Below, one piece after another: positions 51,783-64,000 of a stretch of DNA of 64,000 nucleotides. The notes below the pieces were generated by a model, which saw only the letters and a program-made list of their open reading frames with translations, did no database searches and was not told the DNA's origin. The DNA is taken from contig CM059431.1 in assembly GCA_030390025.1 (NCBI GenBank), forward strand, positions 108,440,001 to 108,504,000, in the 5' to 3' direction. Position 1 is the first letter of the stretch, and every line of letters begins with the position of its first letter. This stretch comes from Squalus acanthias. Taxonomy: Eukaryota. The position numbers and the translations under genes are program-made.

Positions 51783-52332
51783 TAGGAATTTTAAGATTTG
51801 TAAATATTACAATTTTTTTTGCAAACTACATAGTTAAAAATCTTGCCTCTGTATCTACTTCCTCTAAAATAAAAATCCATTATCAGTTCCTCTGTCCAGA
51901 TTGATAATGGAAACTGCCTATGTAAACTTGTCACACTGTAATTATACCCTCTCACCAGGGATGGCGCTGTAGCACCTTGGTTTTGTATCTTCCAGCTCCT
52001 CCGTCTGTACTGCAAAGACACTCCAATGATCCAACCAACGCTACTCCTGTTTGTAAGTTTTGCTATGTCATTATAAATAATAATACAATATCAAAGCATT
52101 ATATAAAATGAAAGACCAAATGTATTAATGTAAAATGGTGACTGACTTACGTCTGTACATCCTGGTCCAATTATCACCCGCCATCTAACGCTTCACCTGA
52201 AGACTACAATTGACCTCAACTTCTTGTGTGCAACACCATACAACTAGTTGTGTAACATTTTGGAGTTCAGGTGGTGCTTATGAGCCACCTGAATTTTATT
52301 TGTCTAGTCTGAAGTGTCATCTGAACCCTTTG

Positions 52333-53152
52333 AATGGAATATAATGTGGAGAAATGTGAAGTTATCCACTTTGGTAGGAAAAAGAGAAAAGCAGAATATT
52401 TTTTAAATGGTGAGAGATTGAGAAATGTTGGTATTCAGAGGGACCTGGGTGTCCTTGTGCACGAATCACTGAAAGTTAACAGGCAGGTACAGCCAGCAAT
52501 TAGGAAAGCAAATGGTATGTTAGCCTTTATTACAAAAGGATTAGGGTTTAAGATTAAAGAAGCCTTGCTGCAATTATATAAGTCCCTGGCGAGACCACAC
52601 CTGGAGTATTGTATACAGTTTTGGTTTCCTTACCTAAGGAAGGATATACTTGCCTTAGAGGGAGTGCAACGAAAGTTCACCAGACTGATTCCTAGGATGG
52701 CGGGATTTTCCTATGAGGAGAGATTGAGGAGACTAGGCCTATATTCCCTAGAATTTAGAAGAATAAGAGGTGATCTCATTGAACCATACAAAATTCTTAC
52801 AGGGTTTGACAGGGTAGATGCTGGGAGGATGTTTCCAATGGCTGGGGAGTCCAGAACCAGGGGTCACAGTCTCAGAATAAGGGGTCGGCCATTTAGGACT
52901 GAGATGAGGAGAAACGTCTTCACTCAAAGGGTTGTGAAATTTTGGAATTCTCTACCTCAGAAGGCTGTGGTTGCTCAGTCATTTAGTATATTCAAGGCAG
53001 AGATTGATAGATATTTGGATATTAAGGGAATCACGGGATATGGGGATAGTGTGGGAAAGTGAAGTTGAGGTAAAAGATCAGCCATGATCTCATTGAATGG
53101 CGGAGCAGGCTCGAAGGGCCAAGTGGCCTAATCCTGCTCCTATTTCTTATGT
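52333..53152 (+). mobile_element. CR1 LINE 3' portion (ORF 52334-53062 still open)
   Basis: 'YNVEKCEVIHFGRK', 'LYKSLARPHLEYC', 'RRIRGDLIE' and 'FTQRVVKFWNSLP', followed by the CR1 3' UTR. Confidence 0.92.
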
Positions 53153-53827
53153 TTTTAGTACAGTCGTTAATTCTCAATGATAAATTGTTCTCTAAACAAA
53201 GCAAACTTAATTTTGTCACAGCAAAAGACAGCAAGCTCTAGAATCATTACATTACTGTTACAGACTCATTCGGTTTTGTTGGCATGTACTGTGGATTGCT
53301 AATGAGTGCTGTTGTTCATTATGTTTTGTCAGACGTTTTCCAGTATAACGAGTTCTGGCTTGTCAGGTTTTTCCTTAAAGGTTATGCTTAGCAAGCTCTG
53401 TTTTTAAATAAACTATTCAAGGTAACAAACAAGACAGTCGTATGATATTTCACTTGATCCCTTAACTGCTCAACTGATGATTCCTAGGGGCTTTCATGTA
53501 ATTTATGTTTAATCCTATTTGCTGCCAGATTTGTTATAATAAAATATTCAGAATTTCAAAACGCATTCGGCATAATTTCACGCTAACCAGAGGCCTGGAA
53601 ATGCGGCATCATATCTATGTGTAGTGCGTGCTATTTAGCTTTTAGGATTGGTGCTAACCTCATGGTGTTCTACAGCTGTATAATATGGACTTAACATTAG
53701 TGTTGTACAGTGGTTGGTATAACAGCCAAATACCTCGGAGATACCTCTGTCAAAGACAAATGTCCCACAAAATTAACCTTGGTAGTTACTAAAAGCACAG
53801 TAAGACTTGCCCAGATTATATTGGCCA

Positions 53828-54027
53828 TGATGTGGAGATGCCAGGTGTTGGACTGGGGTGGACAAATGTGAGAAGTCACACAACACCAGGTTATAGTCCA
53901 ACAGTTTTATTTGAAATCACAAGCTTTCGGAGCGCTGCTCCTTCACCTGACGAAGGAGCAGCGCTCCGAAAGCTTGTGATTTAAATAAAACTGTTGGACT
54001 ATAACCTGGTGTTGTGCGACTTCTCAG
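53828..54027. mobile_element. Fold-back element made of PLE family B termini, with hammerhead at 53943-53979
   Basis: Arms of about 75 bp around acctgac. Motif TCAC-CTGACGA-A-GGAGC-agc-GCTCC-GAAA-GCT-T-GTGA. Confidence 0.88.
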
Positions 54028-54275
54028 ATTATATTGTGTTAACAACAGCCCACAGATGTCCCACAGCCTGTAGGGTGCTTCACCAACCCTAGTTCAGGGA
54101 ATGAGAGTTGTCCTTGTATGTAAATATATACAAAGGACTTTATTCCAGATGACAACACCATACAGATGACAGTTCCACAGGCAGGTGGAGTAATGTATGA
54201 AGCTGCACCCTTGGTATTCAGAACATAACTTCTGGACTGATACAGAATGCTAAGGAACCAGGTAAATGAGTCATT

Positions 54276-56608
54276 GGTCTGGAGTTTCTGCTCGATTGTG
54301 CTGTTTTTTCGGTGCAATTCACCCGATATGGGCGTAACCGAGGCAAAAGATCGCGGAATTTTAAGCACAAGTTGCGTTCAGCGCAACTCGAATTTCCGCG
54401 ATCTTTTGCGCTAGTTTTGCAAACGTCGCGCTAGAAGCGGGCCCCGCCCCCAAAACTGGCCCCACCCCCAGGGTGACCTAATCACCATTGGGAGTTTCCG
54501 CTAATTGCGCTCGTTTGCGGGCCTTCGAGGAGGCTACAAGAATTAAGCTGGACCTTTTGGGCGCAACACTAACAAGTACGTTGTGAAAGCTTTCGAATGA
54601 ATTTTAAAAAATTTTTTACTAAGGAACTGACTACTGTACCCGAAATCTAACCAGAAAATAGTTTTGTATATTTTTTTTAAGTCATTTTCAGTCATTTAAA
54701 ATCAGGTTACTCACAGGCGTGTAAGGGGTTTGGGTGGCTCTGTGCTTAGCCTGGGTGCTAGTGCGGGGTTAGGCCTTGTTGCCTGTTCTGGTCTCCAGCC
54801 AGCCTGGTAGCACTAGACACCTGTGAGTGGTTCGACCCACTCGCCTTACGGTTCTGACACTGGACTTAGGTGCGAGAGCAGTAATGCAGAGAAAACTCAG
54901 GTAGACCCGGTTGAATAGTACGAAATGGAAAATCTTTATTGCATATTGTTCAAGATTACGAAATACATGTCATAAGCACAGATTAATGACAGTACAAGCT
55001 TACATACATTTATGCAACTAGGTTTAGGGAAACGAGGAGTGCACGACACATCGTAAAAGGGGACACACATTATAATTATCCTTAAAACGAAACCCTCCCC
55101 TATTAATACCTGTCCTAATCTAGATCTGTAGGATCGAGAACCATGCTCACCACTCGTGATAACTCGGAGAATTCTAAAACGATGGTCGGATGTTTTCGCC
55201 ACAGCACCTGACTATTCACGTGTTGATCAGGGGTCTCTGTACCCCACTTGTTTACTCGCTCTGCTGCTGCAAGCAGGCTGGGCTCCCCGTTGTCATGAAG
55301 AACTCGACAATGCTCGGGTCTGGCTGTAGAACTCAAAGAAAAGTCTTTCTGGATCGACACCAGTTCGATAGAATTCGAAGAAAAGTCTTCCTGTGTCAGT
55401 TCGTGCAGTAACCTATAGAGTTCAAAAATGGTCTATATATTTTCGGGCGCGGTCGGGGTTTACTGACCGCGGCGGCACGTGGATTCTTCTTCTTCTCTTC
55501 TCATCTCATCTCCTCGGGCCTTCGGGTCCAGACACCGTTTACCGACCTTCGGGATGGTGCACCCGATTTCGCAGCGCGCCACGAGGTCGACCCCAAAAGG
55601 GATCAGCGGAACAAACAAGAGTAACGGTCGTCCGGTAGAATAGCCAAGAGACGATTCCAAGCGAATGAAAAGGATAAGAGAGCGATGGGCGCTTGGACAC
55701 TACAGTTATAGTACTGTAATTCATTATCTCCCGCCCAATCTTAATGTTTTGTCATGTTTTGGCGCTCAAACTTCTTGTATGGGGTGGTTCTCATCGTTAA
55801 TGGGTTTCGGTGATACTTGTAACTGTCTAAGTACCCGTTAATATTTCTCCCATTGTGGAACCGGCTAGGAGTCTCCCTGGAGGGGTTTTGGGGGCCTCCG
55901 AATTCTTGTTGTGAGTACCCGCGAACGGCTCTCTCATCGTAGAGCCGCGGGGAATTTGCGTATCAATGTCTTTGGATGGGCCCTTGATTGCCCAGTACAA
56001 TAGCCCCCGTTTGTGTATGGAAAAACCGATTCCAACACTTATATTTCTTGCTTAGGTGTTAGAAATGCAAAACGATCGCGTCTTGTCTTATATCAATATG
56101 CTGAGCACTGTCCGATCTTGCTGAAATGTTTATTGAAACGCCATCTTGTCTGCCTACTGAGAAATCTGGAACCTTCTGCCACGAGGCGCGGCGGCCATTT
56201 TACAGGCTTCTTGTGTCCATTTTTGAACCTGACAGCATTTTGCTGAAATAAAGCTGTTTTTACGAAACTGTATGTCTCTATCTCGTTATTTCGAAATTGC
56301 GATAATTTGCGAATTCTACAGGCGGTGGATTGACACTGTGATTTAAAATGCTTATTTTTTTGTGATAAACTGTATTAACCAAACTTTACCAAGTTACCAC
56401 TCTTAAATATAGCAAGGAATATTTTTTAATGCAAGATTTTTTTTAAAAAAACGCTGCCCGATTGCGCTGGTTCATGGCAGAGTTTGCGTTCGGCGCTATG
56501 CAAATGACCTTGAGCAGAAACCCGGGGGTGGGGGGGGGAAACACTTTTCAAAACAGGCGCAATTTGCAACAGAATTGCTGATTGCGCCGAAAGCAGAAAC
56601 TCTACCCC
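54276..56608. mobile_element. Harbinger-type MITE (M3) split by a solo LTR
   Basis: TIRs ggtctggagtttctgct / agcagaaactctacccc, TSD ATT. A related fragment lies at 43215-43320. Confidence 0.78.
54720..56320 (-). mobile_element. Solo LTR, family 1 (1601 bp)
   Basis: The minus strand starts TGTAGAATTCGC and ends CCCTTACA. TSD GGCG at 54716-54719 and 56321-56324. TATATA at about 55435-55440 and AATAAA at 54935-54940. Confidence 0.9.
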
Positions 56609-56837
56609 ATTATGTTCCTGGCTTAAGCATTAACAACTCTTCCACTGCTGTTACTGCAATGATATTACCGAGGACTAACCGCCAGGGATGGATTCGAGCA
56701 TGCTTTGGCTATCCTTATCAAGTTCATAGGTTTCAATGGCTTTGGACTGCACTAAATTCAGAAGTAAGAAATTGGTTTTCGCTGTGGCTTGCAAAAAGAG
56801 GGCTATAAAATTCAACCACTGGACTGATAAAAGGTCA

Positions 56838-56943
56838 TGATGCGGAGATGCCGGTGTTGGACTGGGGTGGACAAAATTGAGAGGTCGCACAACACCAGGT
56901 TATAGTCCAACAGTTTTATTTGAAATCACAAGCTTTCGGAGCT
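56838..56943 (-). mobile_element. PLE family B terminal fragment (single arm with extension)
   Basis: Matches the left arm of 53828-54027. Confidence 0.8.
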
Positions 56944-57122
56944 ATCGAAAGGTTAGCAGAAGTGCCGATGAAATTGCTGATGGTGACAAGAATCTAAAGA
57001 TTATTACTTTTCTGCCATATTTTTCAGCCATGTTTGGCCCTTATTGATGATAAGCTTATTACAGATCTTAATTGGGCCTCAGCTAAAGTGTTGTGTATGG
57101 TACTGAGCACCTCTTTATTAGG

Positions 57123-57985
57123 AATAAAAACAGAAAATGCTGGAAATACTCAGCAGGTCAGGCAGCATCTGTGGAGGGAGAAAGACAGAGTTAACGTTTC
57201 AGGTTGTCGATCTTTCATCAGAACTGGGAACAGTTAGGGATGCAACATGTTTTAAGCAAGTGCAGAGGCAGGGAAAGGGGGGAGGGGAGGAAAGAACAAA
57301 AGGGAAGTTCTGTGATAGGGTGAAAGGCAGGAGAGATTAAATGACAAAAGGGATGACAAGGCAAAAGGGGGTGGTAATGGGACAAGTAAGGAAATAAAAG
57401 ATCGGTCCAGTGGAGGTGTAAATGGCAACAGCAGAATCATTACCAACACCTGCTGTCTGAAAAATGGGAGCAGTGGCTATGATCTGAAATTGTTGAACTC
57501 GATGTTGAGTCCAGAAGGTTGTAAAGTGTCTAATCGAAAGATGAGGCGCTGTTGCTCGAGCTTCTGTTGAGCTTCATTGGAACAGTGTAGAAGGCCGAGG
57601 ACAGAGAAATCAGAGTGGGAGTGGGACGGAGAATTAAAATGACAAGCGACCAGAAGCTCAGAGCCATGCTTGCAGACTGAACGGAGGTGCTCAGCAAAGC
57701 AGTCACCCAATCTGCGTTTGGTCTCCCCAATGTAGAGGAGACCGCATCATGAGCAGCGAATACAGTACACTAAATTGAAAGAAGTACAAGTAAATCGCGG
57801 TTTCACCTGGAAGGGGTGTTTGGGGCCCTGGACGGTGGGAAGGGAGGAGGTAAAAGGGCAGATGTTGCATCTCCTGCGCTTGCATGGGAAGGGCGAAGGG
57901 GAGTGGGGGTTTGGGGTTTGGGGTGCTTGAAGTGTGGATTAGGATGTCATGGAGGGAATGGTCCCTTCGGAATGCTGAAAGGGGA
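57123..57985 (-). mobile_element. 5'-truncated PLE family A (GIY-YIG plus terminal region; hammerhead at 57189-57225)
   Basis: 'VACHFNSPSHSHSD...SGLNIEFNNFRS'. TSD tttattagg at 57114-57122 and 57986-57994. The minus strand reads AGTT-CTGATGA...GAAA-CGT-T-AACT. Confidence 0.9.
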
Positions 57986-58450
57986 TTTATTAGGCCTCTG
58001 CTGAAGTATTGTATACCGTACTGGGCAACTCTTTATAAGAAGGATATTAAAGCAATGGAGAAAGTGCAGCTGAGATCAACTAGGAGGTTACAAGGGATGA
58101 GGGGTTACAGTTATGAAGCGCTACTTGAGAAGTTGGAGCTTTTAATATGCGAACTGAAAAGGTTAAGGAACGACCTGATAGAGATCTTTAGGATTATGAA
58201 GGATTGTGATAAAGTTTATAGTGATAGGCTGTTTCCAGTGGTCAGCAAGACAATATTGTGAAAGCACAAATTTGAGATGTTCATTAAAAGAATTAACGGA
58301 ATGATTAGAAAACAAATCTTCACACACACGATTCTAGTAATGTGGAATTCTCTACCTTTGTTGAAAAAGAGACTGTAAAAGCAAATTAGATAGTTGCTTG
58401 AACAAGAGAAAAATTAAAGGCTATGGAAAACGAGCAGTAAAATAGGATTA
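57986..58450 (+). mobile_element. Old CR1 3' fragment
   Basis: 'FIRPLLKYCIPYW...KKDIKAMEKVQ...KRLRNDLIEIFRIMK'. Confidence 0.8.
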
Positions 58451-60762
58451 TATTTCTCCTTGACCTCCAATGTTAAAGGAAGATGATTCTGCTATAAAAA
58501 GAACTAAGTCTTCAGCGAAATTTGCCTTGCAAAACAGTTTGGAAATCTGGCTAATTTTCCAAGGACTGTATGGACATTTTCTTGCATTTTATTTTGCCCA
58601 GGCATCAATTTTCCTCATACATATTATGTACACAAGGCAATTTTTGTCCCTGAAAGTAAGGCATTCAGGTATTAATTAAGTAATGTATTTTTTGATCTAA
58701 AATTATAGGATGTCTATTTTATGCAATCTTTGAGGTTTTAACTTGACATTTATAGGAAAGATGATTATATATTCCAGCCTCAAATTCCCATTAATGCATG
58801 GAATTTCATATCCAGGAAGCAACTAGCTGGAAAATCTGCAAATGCCATAATTATACAAGAAATATAGATCAGGATTCAGTGTTGTATATCTAGAAATTAA
58901 CATGATGACACATTTGGCTTACTTTGACTATTTCCGAGATGCAATCAATATAAATAATATTAATTGAAACATTGCTCTGCCAAAACCATGATTCATTAGC
59001 AATATGAAGTACAGCCACTTAACTCTTCAAAATCAGAAAGGTCAAATACTAAACAGAACCTCCATTTATCATTAATTTCTATTTGAATTGCTATTTCTAT
59101 ACATGCATTTAATAATCTCGGTGATTATGACTTGCAAAGCATTCATTACAATAGTCTATTCCCAAAGGCACAACAACTCACCATTGTATGATAAAATAAC
59201 ATCACTTAGCCTTAGCCTTCATTGTGTCACAGCTTTCATGTGGTGATTCTGTCCTTGGCAACAAAATGAGTTGGTGTGATGTATATGTTATTTTCACAGT
59301 TGACATTCCTCCATCATCTTCACACATGGTTCGCTGAGCATCTTAATGGTTTCCATTGAACTTTTATTCTATATTTCTCATTCTCACTGGGCCCACAATT
59401 CTATGGCGTGGTGGTTGGAGACTGGGAGAACCGTCGCGAAATTTCAGGGCCTCTGTTTATTCGAGTTAACAGTTTCTCAGATCGGGCATTGTTAGTAATT
59501 ACAATAATTTCTTCATTCATGATATACCACTGAGCTCTTGATCCAAGTCCTGGTTTGGAGATCAGAAAGTCACTCAGTGCTCTGTTTATCCCCAAATTCC
59601 ATAAGCAAGAGATAGAAATCTAGGAGCAGGAGAGGGAAAAGATCTAACTGGAAGGATGATGAAGACCAAATCAGAAAAAAATAAATTACCCAGGGAGAAA
59701 AATAACGCTCCAGAATTATCTTTTTATATACTCATTCATCTATTTCAAGGCTAATGATCGAGGTTTTTTTTTAGCTTATCCTCATAACTCAGCCCTCTGA
59801 TGGTGAGGATTAGCCATGTGGTCTTTCTCCACCATTTTACAATGCTAGGATAATTTTCATACAGGTAATTCTCTAGTTTTATCCTAATAACGAATCGTTG
59901 GTTTGCTGGTTATTGATGTAAGACTAGCGTTTGTTGTGTCTCTTTCTTTAAAGATAAGTAGATGTTTCTAATCCAGTCGAACCCCGCCCCCACTCAACAA
60001 CTGTGATCATTGTTTCTGCATGATGACCAACAGTACTTCATAGATGTCATCTCTAGTCTTACTTAGCACCATTGGATATAAACCACCCATCACTAAACAT
60101 TTATTTATATTGAGCCCTTTTGAGCCTGTTTAGTGTCACCATTTCAGCGAGTTGAAATTAAATTTACTTATTGAATCTCCTCTGAGCATTGTGTTGCTAG
60201 TATCTTCTCCAGTGAATATATCCAGGAAATAATCATATATGTTTCCAGATTTTTAATTCATCTTCAGTCTCAACCTCATTTGTATCCTTAAGGGATCTGA
60301 ATTCTTCTTTGTTATAACGTGAAATCATTTCTTGTTGCATTTAAAATGTCTATATTTATGTTCATTTCTCGTTACCTCTTTGTCCCCTGATTACCTATTG
60401 TATATGTTTAGAGATTCCTGTATTCTTCGCGATGAATTTCCTCACTTCTCTCTCTACAGTTTGATTTTATTACTTATTTCACTTCAGATTGTCTTGTTAA
60501 TCAGTTTGGGGTTTTATTTGTTTAGTCTGTGCTTGTCAGTCCTTGGTAGGCAGTTGCCTTGAATGCTCATAGTATATTGTTGAATGTAGTCTATTTAACA
60601 GCAATTCTTGAATTCTTGAATTCTGCCAGCAATACAATATCAGTCAATTAATTTAAGCTCTTCCCTCGTTCCCTTTAAGTTTGTTATTTTAAAATTGTAT
60701 ACATGTGTATTGGTTGCTGGTATTGTTTATCCCAGATCATGCCAGGCCATGACAGAAAACTC

Positions 60763-61300
60763 TGGTGGCTAGAAATTCGAGTCCTTAGCGCCCAGTTTTA
60801 CGGCGCTACAGGTGTTGTTTTGTGTACAAAATGGTGTCCACGTTGTGCGCGTACACTTCTGGTGCGGGCCGCGCCAGACGCCATCTTGGTAAAGGCCCAA
60901 CAAGAAGCGTCCTTTTTACCCACGTCTGAAGCAGTCGTTAGGCCTTTAACATATGTAAATAAGGGGCTTAACGACTGCTTCTGCTGCCTCTTGCAACTTT
61001 GGCTTGTGCCTGAGGAGGCCAGCGCCAGTGCTGATTGCCTCCAGGAAAAGCAATGCTAAACAGCACAGAGTTAAAAAAAAGGTAAGTGCTAACCATAATC
61101 ACCGCCGCTCCTGTTCCCAAGATCTCCGACCTCACTCCCAACTCCGACCTCTAGGCCGCCTCAATCTCCCCCCAGCCCCAGTCCCGACCTCCTAGCTCCC
61201 CGCCGCCCCCCACCCAACTAACTGCACTCCCGGCCCCCACAACAATATTCCAGATCCTTGTGATCTTCCTACCCGACCCCCGACAGCCCTCCGATTTTTA
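60763..61300. mobile_element. Harbinger-type MITE left part, cut by a LINE insertion
   Basis: Terminus ggctagaaattc, GC-rich arm, internal aaggtaagt. Confidence 0.55.
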
Positions 61301-61304
61301 AAAA

Positions 61305-64000
61305 TATTTTTATTCGTTTCTGGGATGTGGGCGTCGCTGGCAAGGCCAGCATTTATTGCCCATCCCTAATTGCCCTTGAGAAGGTGGTGGTGAGCCACCT
61401 TCTTGAACCGCTGCAGTCCGTGTGGTTAGGGAGGGAGTTCCAGGATTTTGACCCAGCGACAATGAAGGATCGGCGATATACTTCTAAGTCAGGATGGTGT
61501 GTGACTTGCAGGGGTACTTGAAGGTGGTGGTGTTCCCATGCTCCTGCTGCCCTTGTCCTTCTAGGTGGTAGAGGTCACGGGTTTGGGCGGTACTGCTGAA
61601 GAAGCCTTGGCAAGTTGCTGCAGTGCATCTTGTAGATGGTACACACTGCAGCCGTGGTACGCCGGTGGTGGAGGGAGTGAATGTTTAAGGTGGTGGATGG
61701 GGTGCCAATCAAGCGGGCTGCTTTGTCACAGAATCACAGAATCCTCACAATGCAGATAGAGGCCATTTTGGCCCATCGAGCCTGCACCGACACATATCCC
61801 ACCCTATCCCCGTAACCCCACGTATTTAATCCCCCTAACACTAAGGGTCAATTTATCATAGCCAAATCAACCTAACCCGCACATCTTTGGACTGTGGGAG
61901 GAAACCGGAGCACCCGGAGGAAACCCACGCAGACACGGGGAGAATGTGCAAAATCCACACAGACAGTCACCCGTGGCCAGATTCGAATCCGGGTCCCTGG
62001 CGCTGTGAGGCAACAGTGCTAACCACTATGCCACCGTGCTGCCTGGATGGAGTCGAGCTACTTGAGTATTGTTGGAGCTGCACTCATCCAGGCAAGTAGA
62101 GAGTATTCCATCACACTCCTGACTTGTGCCTTGTAGATGGTGGAAAGGCTTTGGGGAGTGAGGAGGTGAGACACTCGCCGCAAACTACCCAGCCTCTGAC
62201 CTGCTCTTGTTGCCACAGTATTTATGTGGCTGGTCCAGTTAAGTTTCTGGTCAATGGTGACCCCCAGGATGTTGATGGTGGGGGATTCGGCGATGGTAAC
62301 ACCGTTGAATGTCAAGGGGAGGTGGTTAGACTCTCGCTTGTTGGAGATAGTCATTGCCTGGCACTTCTGTGGCGCGAATGTTACCTGCCACTTATCAGCA
62401 CAAGCCTGAATGTCATCCAGGTCTTGTTGCATGCGGGCATGGACTGCTTCATTATCGGAGCAGTTGTGAATGGTGCTGAACACTGTGCAGTTACCAGCGA
62501 ACATCCCCATTTCTGACCTTATGTTGGAGGGAAGGTCATTGATGAAGCAGCTGAAGATGGTTGGGCCTAGGACACTGCCCTGAGGAACTCCTGCAGCGAT
62601 GTCCTGGGGCTGTGATGATTGACCTTCAACCACCACAACCATCTTCCTTTGTGCTAGGTATGACTCCAGCCAGTGGAGAGTTTTCCCCCCGATTCCCATT
62701 GACTTCAGTTTTACTAGGGCTCCTTGATGCCACACTCGGTCAAATGCTGCCTTGATGTCAAGAGCAGTCACTCTCACCTCACCTCTGGAATTCAGCTCCT
62801 TTGTCCATGTTTGGACCAAGGCTGTAATGAGCTCGGCAGCCGAGTGGTCTTGGCGGAACCCAAACTGGGCATCAGTGAGCAGGTTATTGGTGAGTAAGTG
62901 CCGTGTGATAGCACTGTCGATGACACCTTCCATCACTTTGCTGATGATTGAGAGTGGACTGATGGGGCAGTAATTGGCCAGGTTGGATTTGTCCTGCTTT
63001 TTGTGGACAGGACATACCTGGGCAGTTTTCCACATTGTCGGATAGTTGCCAGTGTTGTAGCTGTACTGGAACAGCTTGGCTAGAGGCGCGGCTTGTTCTG
63101 GAGCACAAGTCTTCAGCACAATAGCCGGGATGTTGTCAGGGCTCATAGCCTTTGCTGTATCCAGTGCGCTCAGCCATTTCTTGATATCACGCGGAGTGAA
63201 TTGAATTGGCTGAAGACTGGCTTCTGTGATGGTGGGGACCTCAGGTGTAGGCCGATATGAATCATCCACTCGGCACTTCTGGCTGAAGATTGTTGCAAAT
63301 GCTTCAGCCTTGTCTTTTACACTCACGTGCTGGGCTCCACCATCATTGAGGATGGGGATATTCATGGAGCCTCCTCCTCCTGTTAGTTGTTTAATGGTCC
63401 ACCACCATTCACGACTGGATGTGGCAGGACTGTAGAGCTTTGATCTGATCCGTTGATTGTGGGATCGCTTAGCCCTGTCTATAGAATGCTGCTTCTGCTT
63501 TTTAGCATGCATGTAGTCCTGTGTTGCAGCTTCCCTAGGTTGTACCTCATTTTTAGGTATGCCTGGTGCTGCTCCTGGCATGCTCTTCTACACTCCTCAT
63601 TGAACCAGGATTGGTCCCCTGGCTTGATGGTAATGGTAGAGTGAGGGATATGCCGGGCCATGAGGTTACAGATTGTGGTGGAACACAATTCTGCTGCTGC
63701 TGATTGCCCACAGCGCCTCATGGATGCCCAGTTTTGATTTGCTAGATCTGTTCTGAATCTATCCCATTTAGCATGGTGGTAGTGCCACACAAAATGATGG
63801 AGGGTGTCCTCAGTGTGAAGACGGGACTTCATCCCCACAATGACTGTGCGGTGGTCACTGCTACCAATACTGTCATGGACAGATGCATCTGCGACAGGTA
63901 GATTGGTGAGTACGAGGTCAAGTAGGTTTTTCCCTCATGTTGGTTCTCTCACCACCTGTCGCAGGCCTAGACTGGCGGTTAGGTCCTAAGCGGGCTCCTA
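61305..64000 (-). mobile_element. LINE (CR1/L2-superclade second family), endonuclease end plus RT and tail; runs off the window
   Basis: ORF 62058-63581 contains 'AQFGFRQ', 'ALDIKAAFDRVWH', 'GVPQGSVLGPTIF', 'MFAGNC' (degenerate FADD) and 'YKAQVRSVMEY'. Confidence 0.9.
61727..62043 (-). mobile_element. HE1-type V-SINE inserted in the LINE
   Basis: tRNA head ggcagcacggtggcatagtggttagcactg...ggattcgaatc, V-domain ttctccccgtgtctgcgtgggtttcctccgggtgctccggtttcctccc, and a CR1-like tail. Confidence 0.9.

Noticed and set aside
9545..56320. One giant element bounded by the two family-1 LTRs
   Set aside because: They are inverted, diverged, and each has its own TSD.

Overview
This is non-coding, repeat-dense vertebrate DNA. 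The SINE families present (an HE1-type V-SINE and SacSINE1-like Deu-SINEs) point to a shark or ray genome. No host protein-coding gene can be supported with confidence, and nearly all ORF-track entries are transposon fragments or antisense shadows. The window is a nested transposon landscape. It holds CR1, L2, RTE and a second CR1-superclade LINE, plus three SINE families whose tails match those LINEs. There are two Penelope-like (PLE) families: one near-intact RT+GIY-YIG copy with a 17-bp target-site duplication (TSD), minimal hammerhead ribozyme motifs with covarying stems, and fold-back hairpin elements centred on the ribozyme. There is a decayed two-gene PIF/Harbinger transposon with its deletion derivatives and MITEs (3-bp TSDs). 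There are three solo LTRs (TG...CA, 4-bp TSDs), two of them from one unusually long family (1.37 and 1.6 kb). A 29-copy 23-bp minisatellite is built from a CRE/AP-1-like motif plus a GC box. All family names come from recognising motifs by eye, not from database searches, and boundaries without a TSD are approximate.
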